Of a DNA stretch of 32,000 nucleotides, positions 25,905 through 32,000 are shown one piece after another. Below the pieces are notes generated by a model that made no database searches, was not told the DNA's origin, and worked only from the letters and a program-made list of their open reading frames with translations. Position numbers and translations under genes: made by a program. Position 1 is the stretch's first letter. Every line of letters starts with the position of its first letter. This stretch comes from Salmonella phage vB_Sen-E22. The stretch lies in the sequence record MT311645.1; one strand, given 5' to 3'.

Positions 25905-27314
25905 ATGTCTTTACAACTATTACGTAATACTCGAATCTTCGTGTCTACGGTTAAGACCGGTCACAATAAGACCAACACGCAAGAGATTCTAGTTCAGGAT
26001 GATATTTCTTGGGGTCAGGACAGTAACTCAACAGATATTACTGTTAATGAAGCTGGTCCGCGTCCAACTCGTGGTTCTAAACGTTTTAATGACTCTTTAA
26101 ACGCAGCTGAGTGGAGTTTCTCTACTTATATCCTGCCATATAAAGATAAAACTACTAACAAACAGATTGTTCCTGACTATATGTTATGGCATGCACTTTC
26201 TAGTGGTAAAGCTCTTAACCTAGAAGGTGATACAGGGGCACACAATAACGAAGCTAACTTTATGGTTAACTTCAAAGATAACTCTTATCATGAGTTAGCA
26301 ATGTTACATATTTATATTCTGACCGATAAAGCATGGAGTTATATCGATTCCTGTCAGATTAATCAGGCAGAAGTTAACGTTGATATTGAAGATATTGGTC
26401 GTGTAACTTGGTCTGGTAATGGTAATCAGCTTATTCCTCTGGATGCTCAGCCATTTGATCCAGATGTGGTAGGTATTGATGATGAAACTTATATGACTAT
26501 TCAGAGTTCTTATATTAAGAACAAACTGACTATCCTGAAAATTAAGGATATGGATTCTGATAAGGCATATGATATCCCTATTACTGGTGGTACTTTCACT
26601 ATTAATAATAACATCACGTACCTAACCCCAAATATTATGTCCCGTGTAAATATTCCAATCGGTTCATTTACTGGTGCGTTTGAATTAACTGGTTCTCTGA
26701 CAGCTTACCTTAATGATAAAGCTCTAGGATCTATGGAGCTATATAAAGATCTAATTAAAACTCTTAAGGTAGTTAACAAGTTTGAGATTGCACTTATCCT
26801 TGGTGGTGAATATGATGATGAACGTCCGGCAGCTGTGTTAGTTGCTAAACAGGCGCATGTTAACATTCCTACTATTGAGACTGATGATGTACTTGGTACT
26901 TCAGTAGAGTTTAAGGCTATCCCTACAGATCTGGATACTGGGGATGAAGGTTATCTTGGTTTCTCTAACAAGTATACTAAAACCACTGTGGCTAATCTGA
27001 TTGCTACAGGAGATGGCGCTAAAACTCCACCAAAATTAGTTGAATCAATCACAGTTAAATCTGCGGGTAGTGTTACTTCAGTAGAGAATAGCAATACTTT
27101 GCAGATGTCTGTTGAGGTAACTCCGCCAGATGCTACTAATAGTGCTGTAACTTGGTCTATTTCTAGTGGTAATGCAGCTACAATTGATCCAGAATCTGGT
27201 CTATTAACTGCGGATACTACTAAGACTGGAGAAGTTACTGTGAAAGCTGTAGCTAAAGACGGTTCTGGTGTAGAAGGTACTAAGAGCATTACAGTTACTG
27301 GTTCTGGTGGCTAA
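25905..27314 (+). CDS. tail tube protein, T5 pb6-like with C-terminal Ig-like (Big_2-type) domain (469 aa)
   Basis: Ig-like tail VESITVKSAGSVTSVENSNTLQMSVEVTPPDATNSAVTWSISSGNAATIDPESG...; position and size. Confidence 0.85.
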   Translation: MSLQLLRNTRIFVSTVKTGHNKTNTQEILVQDDISWGQDSNSTDITVNEAGPRPTRGSKRFNDSLNAAEWSFSTYILPYKDKTTNKQIVPDYMLWHALSSGKALNLEGDTGAHNNEANFMVNFKDNSYHELAMLHIYILTDKAWSYIDSCQINQAEVNVDIEDIGRVTWSGNGNQLIPLDAQPFDPDVVGIDDETYMTIQSSYIKNKLTILKIKDMDSDKAYDIPITGGTFTINNNITYLTPNIMSRVNIPIGSFTGAFELTGSLTAYLNDKALGSMELYKDLIKTLKVVNKFEIALILGGEYDDERPAAVLVAKQAHVNIPTIETDDVLGTSVEFKAIPTDLDTGDEGYLGFSNKYTKTTVANLIATGDGAKTPPKLVESITVKSAGSVTSVENSNTLQMSVEVTPPDATNSAVTWSISSGNAATIDPESGLLTADTTKTGEVTVKAVAKDGSGVEGTKSITVTGSGG

Positions 27315-27318
27315 TTAA

Positions 27319-28218
27319 ATGTACTACTCTCTAATGAGAGAGTCAAAAGTTATAGTTGAGTATGACGGTAGGGCATTTCATTTTGATGCCCTATCAAACT
27401 ATGGTATACAGACCTCCTACGAGGAATTCAAAACTCTTCGTAGGACTGTTCATCGTAGAACTAACTATGCAGACTCTATTATAAATGCTCAAACTCCCTC
27501 TTCTATCTCTCTAGCAGTAAATTTCAGTAATACTCTTACTGAGGCTAACTTCTTTGAATGGTTAGGTTTTGATAGAAAAGGTAATACTTTCTTACTCCCA
27601 CTATATAGTAGTAATATTGAACCTATTATGTTCAATATCTATATAGTAAATAAAGATAATAACTGTGTATATTTTGAAAACTGCTATGTATCTACAGTAG
27701 ATTTTTCTTTAGATAAGAATATACCAATTCTTAATGTTGGTATTGAGTCTGGGAAATTCTCAGAAGTATCTACCTATAGAGAAGCAGCTTCTATTATACA
27801 GGGTGAAGTAATGTCTTACAGCCCAGTAATAGCTTCTACTAATGGCAGCATCTTACCCGGTCTTATTTCTGCCTCTTTATCTTTCCAACAGCAGTGCTCC
27901 TGGAGAGAGGATAAGAGTGTTTTTGATATAAATAAAATTTACAATAATAAAAGAGCTTATGTAACTGAAATGAATGCTTCGGCAACCCTTTCCCTGTATT
28001 ACTTAAAACGTTTTGCAGGAGATATGGTTTATAATATAGAACCGGAGATAGATGTACCTTTAACGATAAGAAATAATAATATTTCTATAGATTTTCCTTC
28101 AGCACGTATTACAAAACGCCTAGATTTCTCAGATGTGTATAGAGTTGAGTGGGATATTATACCTACTGCCTCCTCAGACCCAGTGAGAATAGATTTCTTT
28201 GGAGAAATTAAAAAATGA
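27319..28218 (+). CDS. minor tail / baseplate-associated protein, T5 p140-like (299 aa)
   Basis: Position between tube and chaperone genes. Confidence 0.6.
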   Translation: MYYSLMRESKVIVEYDGRAFHFDALSNYGIQTSYEEFKTLRRTVHRRTNYADSIINAQTPSSISLAVNFSNTLTEANFFEWLGFDRKGNTFLLPLYSSNIEPIMFNIYIVNKDNNCVYFENCYVSTVDFSLDKNIPILNVGIESGKFSEVSTYREAASIIQGEVMSYSPVIASTNGSILPGLISASLSFQQQCSWREDKSVFDINKIYNNKRAYVTEMNASATLSLYYLKRFAGDMVYNIEPEIDVPLTIRNNNISIDFPSARITKRLDFSDVYRVEWDIIPTASSDPVRIDFFGEIKK

Positions 28219-28619
28219 TTAATTTAAAAGATATTACTCTTGATACTCGTACTATTACTCTTTCCTACCCAGGTATGCCGAACTTTAAACTAGAACTTAA
28301 CTATATGTCTCGTGCTACCTCTAAACGTGTTATTTCTTCTGCTAAACGCGATGAATGGGTTAACGGTACTTTGGTTCAGGTACAGGATGATGATAAGTTC
28401 ATTGAAGCCTTCGTTGATGCTGCGATTAAAGGTTGGACTGGTTTGACTGTAGGTGACGTTGAAAAACTGATGCTGATTGAAACAGATGCTGATCCTGAGA
28501 CTGAAGTTCCTTTTAGTCGCGATAATGCTGTAATGCTTATGCAGAACTCTGCTGCGTTTGATTCTTGGATCAACCAGACAGTGTTCCACTTAGACACTTT
28601 TCGTAGCCCAAAAGCGTAA
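28215..28619 (+). CDS. tail assembly chaperone (G-like, zero-frame product, 134 aa)
   Basis: Located upstream of the tape measure gene; overlapping open +1 frame. Confidence 0.75.
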   Translation: MINLKDITLDTRTITLSYPGMPNFKLELNYMSRATSKRVISSAKRDEWVNGTLVQVQDDDKFIEAFVDAAIKGWTGLTVGDVEKLMLIETDADPETEVPFSRDNAVMLMQNSAAFDSWINQTVFHLDTFRSPKA

Positions 28620-28680
28620 AGAACTTCTAGATGCTGTTGCTGATTTTGCAGATAAATGTATTAAAAGCTCAGCATCTAAA

Positions 28681-29049
28681 ATGACCAAACAACAATATTT
28701 AATACTTTGTGAGTCAATGGGTATAGAGCCGGACCCTAAGGCTATGCCAGTTGAACTTGAGGATTTTCCACCTATTGTAGCTATTAGTATGAATATTTAT
28801 AACAGTCTAATTGACTGTTTCATACCAGGTGACTTTCCTATTTTTATAGGTAAGGATAAGGCTGCATTAGGTGTTTTATTTGATATTTATGGGATTACTG
28901 ATCCTATAGAAAAAGAATTTGTTCTACACATTATCAATATATTTGATGCTAAAGCTGTAGATGCTGCACGTAAACGTGCTGAGAAGCATAAACCGCAAAA
29001 CGGGAGGATTCCTAACGTTAAGCCCCATGCTAAATCTCGCGCACGGTAA
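28681..29049 (+). CDS. tail assembly chaperone T-like extension, probably translated only as a frameshift fusion
   Basis: The frame is open from 28594 to 29049. ATG 28681 has no SD. Confidence 0.7.
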   Translation: MTKQQYLILCESMGIEPDPKAMPVELEDFPPIVAISMNIYNSLIDCFIPGDFPIFIGKDKAALGVLFDIYGITDPIEKEFVLHIINIFDAKAVDAARKRAEKHKPQNGRIPNVKPHAKSRAR

Positions 29050-29084
29050 AAGTTTCCTCCAATGGGCGTTCCACGATGAGGCTT

Positions 29085-29115
29085 GGCTCTGGGTGATTTG
29101 CCCAGAGCCTTTTTT
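29085..29115 (+). terminator. intrinsic terminator before the tape measure gene
   Basis: GGCTCTGGG-tgatttg-CCCAGAGCC TTTTTT. Confidence 0.92.
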
Positions 29116-29131
29116 ATTGGGAAAATAAAAC

Positions 29132-32000
29132 ATGACTGATAAGCTAATACGAGAATTACTAATAGACGTTAAACAGAAAGGGGCAACCCGTACTGCAAAG
29201 TCTATTGAAAACGTATCTGATGCGTTGGAAAACGCTGCTGCTGCTTCCGAACTGACAAATGAGCAGTTAGGCAAAATGCCCAAAACCCTTTACTCCATTG
29301 AGAGGGCAGCAGATAGAGCAGCGAAAAGTCTTACTAAAATGCAAGCTAGTAGGGGTATGGCTGGCATCACTAAATCCATTGATGGTATTGGTGATAAACT
29401 AGATTACCTAGCTATCCAACTTATTGAAGTAACAGATAAACTAGAAATTGGATTCGATGGAGTTTCTAGATCCGTTAAAGCAATGGGTAATGATGTTGCA
29501 GCTGCAACAGAAAAAGTTCAAGATAGATTGTACGATACTAATAGGGCTTTAGGAGGTACAGCTAGAGGTTTTAATGATACTGCTGGTGCCGCTGGTAGAG
29601 CTTCTAGAGCTATTGGTAATACTTCTGGTTCAGCACGCGGTGCAACTCGTGATTTTGCGGCAATGGCTAAGATCGGTGGTAGTTTACCTATTATGTATGC
29701 AGCTCTTGCTTCCAACATCTTCGTTTTGCAATCTGCATTCGAACAACTTAAACTAGGTGATCAGCTGAATCGTCTAGAAAAATTTGGTGTTATAGTAGGT
29801 ACTCAGACAGGTACTCCTGTTCAGTCTCTTGCTAGATCACTACAAGAAGCTGCTGGATATGCTATTTCTTTTGAGGAAGCAATGAGACAGGCATCTTCAG
29901 CATCTGCTTATGGATTTGATGCCGAACAACTTAATAAATTTGGTTTAGTAGCTCGTCGTGCGGCTGCTGTTCTTGGCGTTGATATGACTGATGCACTTAA
30001 CCGTGTAATTAAGGGCGTATCTAAACAAGAAATCGAACTCCTAGATGAACTTGGTGTCACCATCCGTCTTAATGACGCATACGCTGATTATGTTAAACAG
30101 TTAAATGCTGCAAACACAGGTATAACATATAATGTTAATAGTCTTACTACCTTCCAGAAACAACAAGCGTACGCTAACGCGGTAATTGCTGAATCTACTA
30201 AACGGTTTGGCTACCTAGATGAAGTACTACGTGCAACTCCATGGGAGCAATTTGCTGCTAATGCAGATGCTGCACTAAGAAAAATACAACAAGCTGCTGC
30301 TAAGTATTTAGGGCCAGTAATTGATGCTATCAACACAGTATTTTATACATCTCAGGCTTCTATATCTGCTGAAGCAGCTAGAGCTCAAGAAAAAACTAAT
30401 AGACAGATAGACCCTACCAACGTTGGTGCTGTTGCTTTAAGTTTAGCTGCTTCTGAAGAAGGCTATAATAAAGCTCTAGATATGTATAAGGAATCTCTTG
30501 ATAAGCGTAATAAGCTAAAATCTGAGTTCGATAAACGAATGGAACAAGCAGATTTCTATACAAAACTAGCTATACGTCAAGTTGGTGAGGGTATTCCTGT
30601 TGGTCTTGCAGCAGCAGGTGCTTCGGAGGCCAATAAGCAATTTGTAGCAGAAACTGCAGCTATGGGTCTACAAGTAAGTAGGTTAGATAAAGAAGTAGAA
30701 GATTCTACTGAAAACCTTACTGCTTGGAAATCAGCCTTCCAAACTGCAGGAGCTGCTGCTGCAAAGGCTAATCCGGAGTTCCAGAAACAGATTAATCTAC
30801 AGAAAGATGTATATGACCCAGATGCTGTATATGACTTTAATTCTGCTGCTCTAAAGGGTCTGACAGAGCAACAAAAAGCATATAACCAAATTAAGAAAAC
30901 GTCTAGTGATTTAGCCAATGACTTTCAAAATATAGCTACTAGCACAGATACTGCCGCTAAAACCAGTGCAACTTTTGAAGAAGTAATTAAAAACGTATCG
31001 TCTCTATCCGCAGGAACTGGTAAGAGTGCTGATGAGTACGTTAAAAGTCTCAACTTAGGGTTTAACACCCTATCTGAAATGAAAACTGCATCTCAGGCTC
31101 TATCTGAGTATGTTAAACTAACGGGTAATGAAACTAAAAATCAGTTAGCAGTTCAACAGAAGATAGCTGATGTATATAACCAAACTAAGGATAAAGAAAA
31201 AGCACAGGAAGCTGGTAGGCGTTTAGAACTCCAACAGTTAGAAGAGCAAGAAGCTGCTTTACGCCGTGTTCTTCAAACAAACCAGGGAAATAAAGCTGTT
31301 GAGAAAGAAATTGAAAAAATTCAGCTGGAGAAACTTAAGCTTACCAATCAGGGCATGGAAGCTCAGAAGAAAGTTAAGGATTATACAGATAAAATTCTGG
31401 GTGTAGATCGTGAGATAGCTCTTCTGAATGACCGTACTATGACTAGCACTCAGTATAGATTAGCACAGTTAAAGTTAGAACTAACCATAGAGGAGGAAAA
31501 ATACGAGTGGTATTTAAAACAAGCGGATAAACAAAAAGAGGCAGAACAGTCTAGACGTGCTCAAGCACAGATAAGTAGAGAGTTATGGGAAGCAGAGAAA
31601 CAAGCTACTGCTACTCATGTATCCGCCCTTATGGATGCCTTAGAGGTTAGCCAAACGCAGAGAAATGTCACTGGTCAGTCCCAGATTCTCACTGAAAGGT
31701 TATCTATTCTGCAGCAGCAGCTGGAGCTGTCTAAAGGTAATACTGAAGAAGAAATTAAATATCGTAATGAGATTTATAAAACTTCAGCAGCCTTAGAACA
31801 GCTTAAAAAGCAAAGAGAGGATCAAACGTACAAATCAGTCATATCCTCACTAGGGGGTACATTCACTCCTACCAATGGATTATCTGGTGATGATAAAGAG
31901 TTTGCTGATTTTGAGAATAGAATGTCTATGTATGATCAGGCTATAGCTAAGATGTCAGAAGTGGATTCTGCTTCTACAGCATTGGCTAACAGCATAGGTA
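29132..32000 (+). CDS. tape measure protein, T5 pb2-like, 5' part (runs off the window)
   Basis: Starts MTDKLIRELLIDVKQKGATRTAKSIENVSDALENAA...; long Ala/Gln-rich helical ORF downstream of the chaperones. Confidence 0.85.
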   Translation, partial: MTDKLIRELLIDVKQKGATRTAKSIENVSDALENAAAASELTNEQLGKMPKTLYSIERAADRAAKSLTKMQASRGMAGITKSIDGIGDKLDYLAIQLIEVTDKLEIGFDGVSRSVKAMGNDVAAATEKVQDRLYDTNRALGGTARGFNDTAGAAGRASRAIGNTSGSARGATRDFAAMAKIGGSLPIMYAALASNIFVLQSAFEQLKLGDQLNRLEKFGVIVGTQTGTPVQSLARSLQEAAGYAISFEEAMRQASSASAYGFDAEQLNKFGLVARRAAAVLGVDMTDALNRVIKGVSKQEIELLDELGVTIRLNDAYADYVKQLNAANTGITYNVNSLTTFQKQQAYANAVIAESTKRFGYLDEVLRATPWEQFAANADAALRKIQQAAAKYLGPVIDAINTVFYTSQASISAEAARAQEKTNRQIDPTNVGAVALSLAASEEGYNKALDMYKESLDKRNKLKSEFDKRMEQADFYTKLAIRQVGEGIPVGLAAAGASEANKQFVAETAAMGLQVSRLDKEVEDSTENLTAWKSAFQTAGAAAAKANPEFQKQINLQKDVYDPDAVYDFNSAALKGLTEQQKAYNQIKKTSSDLANDFQNIATSTDTAAKTSATFEEVIKNVSSLSAGTGKSADEYVKSLNLGFNTLSEMKTASQALSEYVKLTGNETKNQLAVQQKIADVYNQTKDKEKAQEAGRRLELQQLEEQEAALRRVLQTNQGNKAVEKEIEKIQLEKLKLTNQGMEAQKKVKDYTDKILGVDREIALLNDRTMTSTQYRLAQLKLELTIEEEKYEWYLKQADKQKEAEQSRRAQAQISRELWEAEKQATATHVSALMDALEVSQTQRNVTGQSQILTERLSILQQQLELSKGNTEEEIKYRNEIYKTSAALEQLKKQREDQTYKSVISSLGGTFTPTNGLSGDDKEFADFENRMSMYDQAIAKMSEVDSASTALANSIG

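Noticed and set aside
29518-30918. ORFs 29518-29718 (-), 29574-29756 (+) and 30577-30918 (-) in the tape measure region
   Set aside because: Overlap the long open tape measure frame; Ala-rich codons generate antisense ORFs.

Overview
This window comes from a T5-like siphophage. Family calls are made from recognised protein motifs, gene order and product sizes; no database search was run.

Layout:
(a) 1-4.9 kb: densely packed small early-type + strand genes, mostly of unknown function. They include a DUF723-like zinc-finger protein and a T5orf172/GIY-YIG-like protein.
(b) About 5.0-6.6 kb: non-coding, repeat-rich DNA.
(c) 6.7-8.9 kb: minus-strand operon of unknown genes, bracketed by an imperfect inverted repeat of about 175 bp carrying DnaA-box-like and LexA-box-like sites.
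(d) 9.5-15.1 kb: HNH endonuclease, then a pre-early operon resembling T5 (A2-like, A1-like nuclease/phosphoesterase, dmp-like HAD phosphatase).
(e) 15.17-15.70 kb: minus-strand cascade of tiny coupled membrane ORFs, not in the supplied ORF track. Then a divergent pair: Llp-like lipoprotein (minus) and pb5/Oad-like receptor-binding protein (plus).
(f) 17.96-32 kb: terminase, HNH, portal, Ig-domain decoration protein, protease, capsid, head-tail connectors, tail tube, tail chaperones with a probable +1 (or -2) frameshift, and the 5' part of the tape measure.

Most interesting signals:
- A hairpin-plus-conserved-leader module in nearly every pre-early intergenic gap.
- A 15-bp repeat family (TGTCGGATTYGCACA), with one copy inside a CDS.
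- A Fur-box-like array.
- The inverted-repeat-bracketed block.
- A candidate H-type pseudoknot in a 5'UTR.
- A promoter-driven structured non-coding transcript candidate near 4.95-5.1 kb.

I did not find convincing evidence of a complete new defence or retron-type system.
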